Assembly: GCA_963555815.3 (NCBI GenBank)
Contig: CAUVWX020000001.1
Coordinates: 1,344,001 to 1,408,000 of the forward strand
Length of the DNA: 64,000 nt
From: a bacterium
GTDB lineage: Bacteria; UBA8248; JACPRG01; G963555815
Reading direction: 5' to 3'
In this document: one piece after another, positions 1 to 9,965 of the stretch
Layout of the letters: each line of letters begins with the position of its first letter
Numbering within the stretch: the first letter of the stretch is position 1
Notes under the pieces: generated by a model
Seen by the model: the letters and a program-made list of their open reading frames with translations, nothing else
Databases searched by the model: none
Told to the model about the DNA's origin: nothing
Program-made: the position numbers and the translations under genes

Positions 1-1091
1 AGGAGAACGCCCAACACGCCGCCCACACCGTGCACGGCGAGGACATCGAGGGAGTCGTCGATCTTGAACTTCTTCCTGATCAGTATCTTCTCCTGGACCG
101 CCCAGGAGCAGACGAAGCCGGCAAGGAAGCCGATGGCGAGGGCGCCGATGGGACCCACAAAGCCGGACGCCGGTGTGATCGTCGCCAAGCCCGCGATGGC
201 GCCGGTGACAATCCCGATGAGGGTGGGTTTTCCGTACTTGATCCAATCGGTAAACATCCATGTCAGCGAGGCCGTGGCGGCCGCGATGTGGGTCACCGTC
301 ATTGCCATGCCAGCGTTGGCGTCGGCCGCCAGGGCGCTGCCGGCGTTGAAGCCGAACCAGCCGACCCACAGCATGGCCGCGCCGGCCATCGTCATGCCTG
401 GGCTGTGAGGCGGCCTGACATCTGTTGGAAAGCCCTTGCGGTGGCCGAGCATCAGCGCGACGACGATCGCCGACACGCCGGCGGTCTCATGCACGACAAG
501 GCCACCGGCGAAGTCCATCACCCCAAGATCGGCGAGCCAGCCGCCGCCCCACACCCAGTGTGCGACCGGGGCGTATACGATGAGAAGCCACAGGGCACTG
601 AACAGGAACATGGCGGCGAACTTCTTCCGCTCAGGATAGGCGCCGACGATGAGCGCAGGCGTGATGATCGCGAAGGTCATCTGGAACATGAAGAAGACAG
701 TCTCGGGGATGTCACCGTACAAGGTGTTGAGGCCGACGCCGCCGAGAAATGCCTTGCCGAGACCGCCGATCCACTGGTTGGCACTTCCACCGTCGCCGAA
801 GGCGAGGCTATAGCCGACGACAAGCCACAGGACCGAGGCTAGGCAGGCAATGGTGAAACAGTGCATCAGAACCGAGACCACGTTTTGAGAGCGGACGAGA
901 CCGCCATAAAACAGCGCCAGGCCCGGAAGGGTCATGAAGAGGACCAGCGCCGTCGCGGTGAGCAGCCACGCCGTGTTGCCGCCGCTCAGCGACGAGGGAC
1001 CTTGAGCCATGGCCAGTGATGGCAACATCAGGGTGACGAACGTTGCAGCGAGTAAAACCCAGAAGGTGTTCCTCAGTGGTGTTCTTGACAT
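1..1091 (-). CDS. amtB: Ammonium transporter AmtB (3' end beyond window)
   Basis: Minus-strand translation gives NTAWLLTATALVLFMTLPGLALFYGGL, DFAGGLVVH, AGLVAITP-like and KIDDSLDVLAVHGVGG motifs. ATG at 1091 is preceded by AAGGAGG. Confidence 0.95.
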   Translation of the reverse strand, partial: MSRTPLRNTFWVLLAATFVTLMLPSLAMAQGPSSLSGGNTAWLLTATALVLFMTLPGLALFYGGLVRSQNVVSVLMHCFTIACLASVLWLVVGYSLAFGDGGSANQWIGGLGKAFLGGVGLNTLYGDIPETVFFMFQMTFAIITPALIVGAYPERKKFAAMFLFSALWLLIVYAPVAHWVWGGGWLADLGVMDFAGGLVVHETAGVSAIVVALMLGHRKGFPTDVRPPHSPGMTMAGAAMLWVGWFGFNAGSALAADANAGMAMTVTHIAAATASLTWMFTDWIKYGKPTLIGIVTGAIAGLATITPASGFVGPIGALAIGFLAGFVCSWAVQEKILIRKKFKIDDSLDVLAVHGVGGVLGVL

Positions 1092-1248
1092 CCCGTCAGC
1101 CTCCTTATGATGGGACGAAATCATTCCCCATTTCCACCGGTTCTCTCATGCGAGAACGTTGAGCTGTCGCGTCACTGCCCCCCCTATGGGTTTCCCGTTT
1201 ATTGCGCTCTCTTTGGTTCTCTTGTATTGCAATTTTGGCAGGGGACAA

Positions 1249-1323
1249 TGGTGGGGCGTGCTGGAATCGAACCAGCGACATCTGCCGTGTGAGGACAGCG
1301 CTCTACCGCTGAGCTAACGCCCC
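1249..1323 (-). tRNA. tRNA-Val(CAC)
   Basis: Reverse complement folds as a cloverleaf: GGGGCGT acceptor, CTGTC-CTCACAC-GGCAG anticodon arm, GGTTCGATTCC T-arm, encoded CCA. Confidence 0.95.
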
Positions 1324-1429
1324 ACGGCGCTCGGCGCTCAGGATAGGTGCCCTCACCCCACCCTGTCAACGGAGGATACAGGGATTCCTCCTTGACCGCA
1401 AACGGCAATCGCCTCAGGGCTCTTCCTGC

Positions 1430-1681
1430 TCAACGGCCGAGGATATCCTCTCCTTCTTCCTGGGGCTGTTCCCCCCCGAGAAGGCCCCAGTTTCTCCAGA
1501 TCCAGGCCGAGAGGCCGATGGCCCCAGCAAGGACCAGAAGCACGACAGGAAGGAGCAGCGCAGCGTTCACGCGCCCTTGGGGGTCCTCCAGGTAAAGCCA
1601 GCGCTGGGTCACGTCAGAGACGAAAAAGCCCGCAAGGACCCAGGCCAAAGCCGCCAGGAACACAAGGAGGACACGTCTCAT
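1430..1681 (-). CDS. Small two-TM membrane protein, unknown function
   Basis: ATG 1681 begins MRRVLLVFLAALAWVLAGFF...; two hydrophobic segments and an acidic tail. Confidence 0.55.
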   Translation of the reverse strand: MRRVLLVFLAALAWVLAGFFVSDVTQRWLYLEDPQGRVNAALLLPVVLLVLAGAIGLSAWIWRNWGLLGGEQPQEEGEDILGR

Positions 1682-1827
1682 GGGGTATTCACCCGCACCC
1701 CCCCGCCCGCGGCCGGGGGGACGTCTGCGAAGGAAGTGGGAGAGGGATTCAAAGGGGTTGCCACCGGATGAACCCGGAATCGAGTTCGTGCCGACAGCTG
1801 CATAGAACCCTCCTCTTCCCCACACCT

Positions 1828-1857
1828 GTGGCTTCGCCCGATCTCGGGCGAAGCCAC
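1828..1857. repeat. Perfect 14-bp-stem palindrome (REP-like hairpin)
   Basis: GTGGCTTCGCCCGA-TC-TCGGGCGAAGCCAC. Confidence 0.7.
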
Positions 1858-2092
1858 GAAAACAGTTTCTTATTTTAACCCATCCGCCATTCCTTGACCA
1901 TCTCGCTCTTCCAGCTGGAGATCCAGCATGCCCTGCCCACCTCTTTCATCCGCCTTTACAGGAGGGTGGACCCTTCCTATACTAATTTTGAGGCCTGTGT
2001 CGAAGGCCGCGGGCTCTCGTTTGGAGCCAGCGCAGGATAGAGACATAGAGTCCTGTCCCCGTCTTCTGAAGTCTCCTTGTGGAGGTCCTCTC

Positions 2093-3091
2093 GTGGATAA
2101 AACTTCTGAAAAACCGGTGAACGAGATATCAGCGAAATTGGCTGAGGAAAAATATAACGCGACCGTTCATTCCATCCACAAACCCCATTCAGAGCTCATG
2201 ATCCTTCGGGTCGTCCCCGATGCCGGCCCTGTGAAGTTTGAGCCCGGCCAATACGCCACCCTGGGCTTAGGCTTTTGGGAAGACAGGGCGGAAGGCACTC
2301 AGGAGGAGACGGAAAAACAGAAACAGAAAAGAGAGAAGCTGGCAAGGAGGCCAGAGTCCTTTTCACATCCTGTCCTGACCGACGACAAGAGTAAGCTCAT
2401 AGAGCCGGACGAGATGTTTTTTAATGAGTTTCTGATGAACCTTGTCAAGGAAAACCCCGAAGGCGCTAAACCTCCTGAGCTGACCCCCAGGCTCTATCAT
2501 TCTGCCATTCAAGAAGGGTCGAGAATTTTTATTGATGAACAGCCCAAAGGGATCTACGTACTGAAGCTCGACGATCTAAAGAAGAAAAAGCACATCCTGT
2601 TCGGGGCCACTGGAACGGGCGAGGCACCCCATAACGCCATGATCTGGAGGCTATTGAGGGAAGGATATGAGGGCAGGATTACCTCCATCGTATGCGACAG
2701 GTACCGGCGCGACCTGGCATATGAAGAGCTGAATGATGTGCTTGAAGACATGTACAAAAATTACACCTATATCTGGCTGACGACGAGGGAAGCAGAGAAT
2801 CTGGAGAATAAGATGTATGTCCAGGATTTGATTATGACGGGCCAGCTCGAAGATCGCATCGGGGAGAAACTGAACCCGGAGACGATGGAGTTTTACCTGT
2901 GCGGAAATGACGCAATGATAGGCATCCCGCAGATCGACAGAAACACAAAAGAGAAGGTCTACCCCAGAGATCCGAAGAGCAACAAGCCAGGCGTGATAGA
3001 GGCGCTTGAAACCCAGCATGGATTCAAAATGGATCCCCTCTCCAGGGCGTCCAAGGAGAGAGGGAATATCCACTTTGAGAAGTGGTATTAA
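2093..3091 (+). CDS. Ferredoxin/flavodoxin--NADP+ reductase (FNR-like)
   Basis: FEPGQYATLG, ATGTGEAP, YLCGN and C-terminal HFEKWY motifs. GTG 2093 follows GGAGG. Confidence 0.8.
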   Translation: MDKTSEKPVNEISAKLAEEKYNATVHSIHKPHSELMILRVVPDAGPVKFEPGQYATLGLGFWEDRAEGTQEETEKQKQKREKLARRPESFSHPVLTDDKSKLIEPDEMFFNEFLMNLVKENPEGAKPPELTPRLYHSAIQEGSRIFIDEQPKGIYVLKLDDLKKKKHILFGATGTGEAPHNAMIWRLLREGYEGRITSIVCDRYRRDLAYEELNDVLEDMYKNYTYIWLTTREAENLENKMYVQDLIMTGQLEDRIGEKLNPETMEFYLCGNDAMIGIPQIDRNTKEKVYPRDPKSNKPGVIEALETQHGFKMDPLSRASKERGNIHFEKWY

Positions 3092-3191
3092 AAATCTGGA
3101 AACTTCGCGCCAGACTCCTCAGATAGGACTCCTGTCCATTTTTTAGTGGAAACCAGTCGGGTATTTTCGTCCGGTGGTTGGAGTGAGTCCC

Positions 3192-4280
3192 ATGAAGCGC
3201 TCTCCTCTGCACGATGTCCACATTGAGCTGGGGGCTGTCATGAGCGAGGCGGGAGGCTGGGAGATGCCCGCCCACTACGGCGATCCCCAGGCCGAGTGCC
3301 GCGCCGTCCGGGAGGCGATAGGGCTTTTGGATTGTTCTCACCGGGCAAAGCTCCGGGCGACGGGGAAAGACCGGGCCAACTTCCTGAATTCTATGGTGAC
3401 GAATGATATCGCAGGGCTCCAGATTGGGCAGGGGACCTACGCCGCCATGGTCACCGACAAGGGAAAGATGGTGTCAGACTTCCGAATTTATATTTTCCCA
3501 GATCACCTCCTCCTGGAGGGAGACGCCGAGACCCGAGAGGCCGCTTATCAGGGGCTTGAAAAATACAACTTGGGTTATGACTGCACCCTTGAGGACCAGA
3601 CGGAGGAGTGGGGACTCCTCTCTCTGCGGGGGCAGGGGGCAGCGGCCCTCGCCGGGGCCGTCCTGGGAGAGACCTTGGAGCTCGGCCCGCCGTATCGGTG
3701 CCGGGAGGGGAGCTTTTCAGGACAAAAAATTCTCTTGGCCCATGGTCCCACGTTGGGAGAGGAGGCCCTCGACCTCTTCTTCCCGGCGCCCGGGCTTCGG
3801 GACCTCTGGGAAGCCCTCAGGCGGGAGGGCGGCGATAGGCTTCGCCCCGTCGGTCTCTCGGCCCTCGAGATCCTTCGGATAGAGGCGGGGGTCCCGCGCT
3901 TTGGGGTGGACATGGACTCGAACGTGAACCCCATGGAGGCGGGCCTCCTGAGCGCCATCAGCTTCACCAAGGGCTGTTACATCGGCCAAGAGGTCATCGC
4001 CAAGATCGACTCCCTGGGGCACGTCAATAAGAACCTCGTTGGACTTTGGGTGGAGGGTGACACCCCCCCCGCGGCGGGATCCGTCATCCTCGGGGAAGGG
4101 AAGAAGACGGGGCACATCACCAGCGCCGTCCGCTCTCCCACCCTGGGCCGGGTCATCGCCATGGGCTACGTCCACCGGAGGTTCAAGGAACCCGGCCAAG
4201 CAGTAGAAGTGGAACTCGACGGCCGCCACGAGAAGGCCGAGGTGGCCAAGACCCCCTTTTATCGAAGAGCGGCTCGATAA
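3192..4280 (+). CDS. Folate-binding aminomethyltransferase family protein (YgfZ/GcvT-like)
   Basis: GcvT-like N-terminus (RSPLHDVH, GWEMPAHY), LRIEAG, and the YgfZ signature SFTKGCYIGQE. Confidence 0.88.
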   Translation: MKRSPLHDVHIELGAVMSEAGGWEMPAHYGDPQAECRAVREAIGLLDCSHRAKLRATGKDRANFLNSMVTNDIAGLQIGQGTYAAMVTDKGKMVSDFRIYIFPDHLLLEGDAETREAAYQGLEKYNLGYDCTLEDQTEEWGLLSLRGQGAAALAGAVLGETLELGPPYRCREGSFSGQKILLAHGPTLGEEALDLFFPAPGLRDLWEALRREGGDRLRPVGLSALEILRIEAGVPRFGVDMDSNVNPMEAGLLSAISFTKGCYIGQEVIAKIDSLGHVNKNLVGLWVEGDTPPAAGSVILGEGKKTGHITSAVRSPTLGRVIAMGYVHRRFKEPGQAVEVELDGRHEKAEVAKTPFYRRAAR

Positions 4281-4343
4281 ATATCTCGCCGGTGGTCCGA
4301 TTTGTCCCCTAAGAGGGGGCGGCCGTCTTCCCGGGAAGTAGGC

Positions 4344-4373
4344 TTGACACCTTTTCGAGCGCCCTCGTATATT
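4344..4373 (+). promoter_or_regulatory. Sigma70-type promoter for tRNA-Lys/tRNA-Glu
   Basis: TTGACA-18 nt-TATATT about 40 nt upstream of tRNA-Lys. Confidence 0.6.
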
Positions 4374-4410
4374 GGGAAATAGCCCTATTTTTGGGAATTC
4401 AACCTCTTGA

Positions 4411-4486
4411 GGGCCGCTAGCTCATCGGGTAGAGCTCCTGCCTTTTAAGCAGGTGGTGCCAGGTTCGAGTCCTGGGCGGCTCACCA
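4411..4486 (+). tRNA. tRNA-Lys(TTT)
   Basis: Cloverleaf with CCTGC-CTTTTAA-GCAGG anticodon arm, GGTTCGAGTCC and a CCA end. Confidence 0.95.
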
Positions 4487-4524
4487 ATCGTCTGAGACCC
4501 GCTCTGGGTCTCTTTCCTGAGGAC

Positions 4525-4599
4525 GTCCCCATCGTCTAGCCCGGTCTAGGACACCGCCCTTTCACGGCGGTAACGGGGGTTCGAATCCCCCTGGGGACG
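4525..4599 (+). tRNA. tRNA-Glu(TTC)
   Basis: GTCCCCA/TGGGGAC acceptor stem, CCGCC-CTTTCAC-GGCGG anticodon arm, GGTTCGAATCC. Followed by CCCA rather than CCA. Confidence 0.95.
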
Positions 4600-4606
4600 C
4601 CCAAAA

Positions 4607-4619
4607 TATCAATAGGTTA
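4607..4619 (+). promoter_or_regulatory. IHF-consensus site directly after tRNA-Glu (possible att arm)
   Basis: TATCAATAGGTTA matches WATCAANNNNTTR, and an AT-richer tract starts here. Confidence 0.45.
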
Positions 4620-4901
4620 CATAGATTATAGTGATACCGCAACTCTCACACCCTCCTGGGTGTCCATATAGGCGTCTATAACCCGTCGCAAACTGTGTAA
4701 TTCAGTCACACTCCGTATCACTTGCTATTTTCTGTGAATCCTTTAGGTTCCCTGACTAACCGGCCACAGTGCCATTCGCCGGAAAGGAAAAGGGGGAAAT
4801 TGTGTAACTATAGAAAATAATTGCCTTTCTATAATTGAGTGCGTAGTATATAAATAGAGTATTTTTTGCCTTCTTCAATTCCCACAGGGGGATGACGTCT
4901 A

Positions 4902-6153
4902 ATGCAAACCCGAAAGAGATGTCCGTATCTGAAATGGTTCGCGCTTTCCCTCACCATCCCGGCGCTGATTCTTTCCCTGTCCCTGCAAGCCAAAGCGCAA
5001 GAGCTGACAGAGTTTTTCGACGATGATGATGACCACGAGACCACGTTCACAGTGGGGGGAATTGAGTTCGAAATTATTATTGCTGAGGAGGACAATGTCC
5101 CCGTTTCGGCGACCACCGATATTTCCGGGGATCGGCAGCTTTTCGCAAACCGTGATTGAATTTGCAAACGACACTGAGAGGATTGAAGTCACCCTCGTCC
5201 TTTTCGGCAAGACTATTAGTCGCACGTTCGAGGGGGACGTAGATACCACGTTCCTAGATGCGGCCGACTTTGTGGTCGATGAATTGCTGAAGGCATTGGC
5301 CGGTGTTGGGGATAACGCCGCAGTAGCCAGCGCATCCGGGCTTGAATCGTCGCAGAGTGTTCAGAATGACCTTTTTGACAACGTGGTGCTGCAACGGCAG
5401 CCGACTAAGATGGAGCTAATAGAGCGTGCAAGGGCGGAGGAAGAAGGGGTGGCGGAGCTACCCTCTTCTGTCGGCGCCCTGCTGAGGTTTGAGGGGTTCT
5501 CCTTCCGAGGGCAGAGCGGATTCGCGGTTGGGACGACGCCAGCGTATGAATACGAGGGGGAAAGGCTTCGCTCGGGGGTTCTTCTGCCATACGAAAATGT
5601 CAACACTGAGGAACCGAATGTGGGGTTTCATCGGATCGGGCTCCTCGCCTATGCCAGCTACGCGGTGTTGACGGACGACCCCGATCCCCTCACCCTGCGG
5701 TTGGGGGGATATGGAAGCGTGAGTGCGACGGTATTTCACGCGGGGGATAGGCTTAAGGACTTTGCCACCTTTAGTGGCGGGCCCACAATCAGCGCGGAGA
5801 AGGAGTTCAAGACCCACATCATCGAGAATGTCATTGAAAGCATCACGGCCAGTTTTGGGTTCACTTTAACCGGCTCTCGAGCGACCACGCCTGGATCAGA
5901 GACGAAAACGTCGATCAAAACGGGGTTCAACCTGGGGGTTCCCATTGCCGACAATTACGTAGCCAACCTATTTACCGCCTACAACGTTCAAGTAGCCCCA
6001 AGCGTTCCCGACCCAGATTATTTCGACGTAGGCGCAGAGTTCATCATTTTCTTTACTCAGCTCCTTTCCGGAACCTTAGGGGTTAAGACGGTGCAGGGCC
6101 TTGAGGAATTCAAGTCCTTTGAAGGGTTCTTAGGGGTCATTTATCGGTTCTAG
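4902..6153 (+). CDS. Secreted, probable outer-membrane beta-barrel protein (frameshift near 5120)
   Basis: Signal peptide (…LSLQAKA/Q) in ORF 4902-5159 continues in the frame of ORF 5023-6153. The C-terminal half is amphipathic beta-strand-like and ends in GVIYRF. Confidence 0.55.
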
Positions 6154-6274
6154 TTATTTGCCTCGGTGCCTCTCAGGTTGAGCCGCTTATCGGGGGGCAC
6201 CCCTTCGCTCTGCGGGCTTCGCCCACTCAGTAACCATCCCTGGACCTTGCTATATTTGTTCACGGGAGGAACCG

Positions 6275-6928
6275 GTGATGCCATCCAAGGTGGCCTTCCT
6301 TAGCGCCCTCCTTTTCTTCTTGATTGGGCCGACATTAATACCTGGTGCAGGGGTCGATGTCGGCTGGGCGCAGAAAAAGAAAGTGTCGGTCGTTGGCGTC
6401 GTCACGGAGGTGAAGGATAAGACCTGGCGGGATCATCGGATCGGGTTCGGAATCGCCAACCTAATTTCCCAAGAGCTTTTTAAGTCCGGCCGGTTTACCG
6501 TCGTCGAGGAAAAAAAAGAGGTCCTTGAACAAATTTCCGAGTTCACACGCCGGAATTGGACCAACCCTGAGAACACTCCCAGGGGCGAAAAGGCCCTGTC
6601 CCTGGCAAGAAAATTGGAAGTCGACCTTGTTGCGGTCGGTCGAGTGATTTCCTACAGTCATGGACGGTCCCGACTTGCAATTGGACTATTCGTTAAAGGG
6701 CAACAAAAGATCGTTGTAAATGTGGAAGTTGGAATTATTGGAAAGTCACTTCCAAAGACCTTGCTTGCTCAAGGAGAGGGAAGCTCTAAGTTTACCTCGC
6801 AGGGACTCGTATTCGAGCTCCGGAAAGATGTGGTGTTGTTTGACGAAACCACTGTCGGCCGGGCGACGAAAGCGGCGGTCAGGGAGGCCATTAACCGGCT
6901 ATTAGAACTCCTACCCCCTTCGATTTGA
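6275..6928 (+). CDS. CsgG/TolB-N/FlgO-like periplasmic or lipoprotein-type protein
   Basis: Signal peptide and the pattern GIANLISQELFKSGRFTVVE…ARKLEVDLVAVGRV, typical of the CsgG/TolB-N fold. Confidence 0.6.
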   Translation: MMPSKVAFLSALLFFLIGPTLIPGAGVDVGWAQKKKVSVVGVVTEVKDKTWRDHRIGFGIANLISQELFKSGRFTVVEEKKEVLEQISEFTRRNWTNPENTPRGEKALSLARKLEVDLVAVGRVISYSHGRSRLAIGLFVKGQQKIVVNVEVGIIGKSLPKTLLAQGEGSSKFTSQGLVFELRKDVVLFDETTVGRATKAAVREAINRLLELLPPSI

Positions 6929-7059
6929 GGGGATTGGGAAGAGAAGGAGATTTTCTTTGGAATGCCCAACCCGGGGTGACAGGGACCGACGGTATACACG
7001 GGATGGCGCAATTGAATGAGGATTGAGGAGCGAGGGTTTATATTAAACGGAATCATAAG

Positions 7060-8803
7060 TTATGGGCTTAGCGTTCCTGGTAAGGTCGGTTGTGAAAGAC
7101 CACGCCCCACAACGCCCGGCGTGTGAAATCGCTTTCCTTCCAGAATTTCATCGACTGTCAGCATCTGCATCCGGCTGTATTTGACCCCATCAATCTCCAG
7201 ATCCCCGGCTTGCGCCATATCCCGGTGAAAATTCCGGTCCTTCGTTTGCCCTAGAGGGTCCATGATGATCAACCCCGCCAGGAGAGCCTCGTCATTGTCT
7301 AGGACGCCCCTAAGGGCGCGTACTGCGTTAATGTTCACGTTCTTTCCGCCCTTGACCTCAATCGCCACACTCTGAAGGGTTTTCTCTCTCGGAATGGCGA
7401 AGTACAGGCGACCATCAATCCCACCGTCCGTCGTTCGTTTCGTGGTAACGAATCCGTCCACCTCTTCAACCGCCCATTTCTGGAAATGGTACTTATCCCG
7501 CGTCCATAGATCTTTTGCACCTTCGATGGTCCGTGGGACGCCGTCAATGATGAAATCTTGGCCTTCCACCAATCCAAGGCGATCCTGTAATCTAACCTTT
7601 GTCACCCGCTTTATGGCGTGAATTGCAATGTCGATCCCGATCCATCGGCGGCCTTCGATGTGGGCGGCCTCAAGCGTTGTGGCGCATCCGCAAAACGGGT
7701 CCATGACAACGTCTCCTGTATTCGACGAGACGTTTATTATTCGATTAAGGAGTCCTGCGGGCTTCTGCGTTTTATAACCGAGGCGTTCCGGTGACGTTGG
7801 ACCGAGCCACATGACATCTTCATCAATGCCTTCGTCGGTGCCAAAAAGCGTCCCGTCCGTGTAGGGTTGATATGCCCAAATATCTTGGTACGGTTGGCCA
7901 TCTTCCGCTTTGAGATATCTCACAGGATGAGGCCACGCTGCGCCATCTTTAATTTCAATCAACTCCATTTCATACAATGCTTCAAGCCTCTCTAAAACGC
8001 CTGCGCTTGTCTTCTCATGTGGAAGTTGCTCATTCAAGAAGGTTGGTATGGCCCAATGCCGGTTTTTTGCTGTTGGATCAAAACACCGCCACGTCTCGCC
8101 AGATTCTCCGCCAGAAACTCCTGCTCCAGTAAGAATGTTGCCACCGGTGATCTGTTTAGATTTTCCCGACGGATCAATTTTGTACCGTTTTTCAACGTGC
8201 TCCTTTGAATATGCCCTCTTATGGATATTGAACTTGTAATTGTCCGACGCGCTATAGAACAGTAGCGTATCGTGAATTGCTCCATAAGTTCGACGGCTAT
8301 TATGAGAGCCTGTGCGTCTCCAGATAATTTCATTGCGGAAGTTTGAATGTCCGAAAATGGCGTCCATCATGACCTTGATGTAGTGGCTGGCGTTCGGGTC
8401 GCAATGGAGGTATATCGAGCCCGTCGGCTTAAGGATGATCTTCATCTGGATCAACCGTTCCACCATGTAGGACAGATATGCTAGAAGGCGCGGATTCGTT
8501 GCTCTCAATGCGTTCATCCAAAGCTTCCAGAATTCCGCAACCTCATCTTCTATCCCGGCGTCCCGCATGAGAACCGGCATGGTGCGGATCGCGCGTTCCC
8601 GTTCCTCGTCCAGGGTCCAGAGATCGCAGAACGCCTCAATCTGGTCCGGCAACGGTTCGCCCGGTTTCATCCTTATAAATCGCGTTGTACTCGCGGTTTG
8701 AATTGAAGGGCGGATCCAGGTAAATCAGATCAACGCTGTGCTTCCGCATTTCCTGGAAGATGGTCAAACAGTCTCCGTAAAAAAGCTTGTTGGGGCCGCT
8801 CAT
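7060..8803 (-). CDS. Site-specific amino-methyltransferase (beta class) fused to a C-terminal Mrr-like PD-(D/E)xK endonuclease domain; +1 frameshift near 8660
   Basis: N-terminal NKLFYGDCL…LIYLDPPFNSNR (ORF 8636-8950 frame) joins ORF 7060-8670, which has GYKTQKP, VMDPFCGCATT, then FQKWAVE…DGGIDG…IEVKGG. Confidence 0.85.
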
Positions 8804-9676
8804 GCGAAGCATCCCCGCATGAACAGGCCGAAGGAATCCTCGTCCTTCCGGTGGTTGTACTTCCAGCAAGCCTCTGCAACATAGAGCGGCGTGTAGTGCT
8901 TGCGGTAATGGTGATGCGATCCGTACCATGCCCGCTTGAGAAGCGCCCAAAATTCTTCAATCGTGTTCGTGTGCGTATCGCCGTCGGCATAGCTTTCCCT
9001 GATGGTTGATGACGGCATGCTTGAACCTGGACCAGACCGCTCGATAGGATTTATATTCGTCTGTGATGAGCAAAGAGCCGTCGGGGTTGACCGTATTCTT
9101 GATGAAGTCGAGAACCCCGCGGCCCGTCATGTCGGTGACGACCTGGGCGACAACCTTTCCGCCCCTTTCTACCGCCCCTATGACCGGGATCTTGCTAGTT
9201 CCGCGCCCGCGAGGATTGGGCTTGTCTTCATCCCGCCTGTTTCCCTTCCTGGGCTTGCCCCCGATGTAGCATTCATCCGCCTCGACAATACCCTGAAGGG
9301 GCGGTCCCTGTTCAGCGGCCATTGCCGACCGGATGCGAACCTGTAAAAACCAGGCGGTCGGTTGCGTGAGTTCAAGATCTCTGGCAAGCTGGCAACTGGA
9401 AATGCTTTTCTTGGCGTGGACGATCAGCCCAATGGCAAGGAACCACTTTTGAATCGGGATTCTGGTTTTCTCGAAGATCGTCCCGGATAAGACATTGAAG
9501 CTGGACCTGCAATCGTAGCAATTCCAGCGTCCGATCCGGTCCTTTTCCGCTTTTGCGGCAACCTTGATGCTTCCGCAAAAAGGGCAACATGGCGTATTGC
9601 CCCATCGGATATTCTCAAGGTGTTCAAGGCAGGCTTCTTGATCTGGGAAGCGGTGGAAGATGGTGAGCAGGTTCAT
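8800..9676 (-). CDS. IS1595-family DDE transposase (+1 frameshift near 8995)
   Basis: Zn ribbon CPFC…CYDC, SGTIFEKT, VEADE, ITDE, and HTNTIEEFWALLKR in the shifted frame. Confidence 0.92.
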
Positions 9677-9680
9677 TCTG

Positions 9681-9965
9681 TCACTCCTCCCCCATGAAGG
9701 CATCTATTTCGTATTCCAGAATGCCATTCCAAAGGGAATATAAAATTCGCGTGGATAAGCAGGAAGTTGTCTTCAGGTAGGCCTCCTCCTTGGACATAAA
9801 TGATTCGGCTCGTATGTACCCACTTCTGGCGTTCAATAGGCCGTGGGTGTCCTTAAGCCACAGGACGTAATCTTTCGATTCCTCATCGTAGGCGATATGT
9901 CCCAGCTCTTCGGTTCTGTCCCCGCGATACTGGATGAGTTTGTCTCCATCCCAATAAATTTCCAT
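9681..9965 (-). CDS. Hypothetical 94-aa passenger protein inside the IS1595 element
   Basis: ORF with an AAGG RBS, located between the right TIR and the transposase. Confidence 0.5.
   Translation of the reverse strand: MEIYWDGDKLIQYRGDRTEELGHIAYDEESKDYVLWLKDTHGLLNARSGYIRAESFMSKEEAYLKTTSCLSTRILYSLWNGILEYEIDAFMGEE

Noticed and set aside
30..842. 270-aa plus-strand ORF, and the many other long antisense ORFs (e.g. 32083-33207, 39240-40409, 53233-54432)
   Set aside because: These are shadow frames opposite well-supported genes in GC-rich DNA and show no recognisable motifs.
1200..1240. NtrC/sigma54 regulatory sites upstream of amtB
   Set aside because: Only partial resemblance (TGCGC…TGGTTC) and no correctly spaced GG-N10-GC promoter found.
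1690..1825. Possible 6S or other ncRNA in the GC-rich intergenic region
   Set aside because: I could not build a convincing conserved fold or match a known motif by eye.
8985..9000. Programmed ribosomal frameshift in the IS1595 transposase
   Set aside because: IS1595 transposases are normally single ORFs; deleting one G restores the frame, like the other indels in the window.
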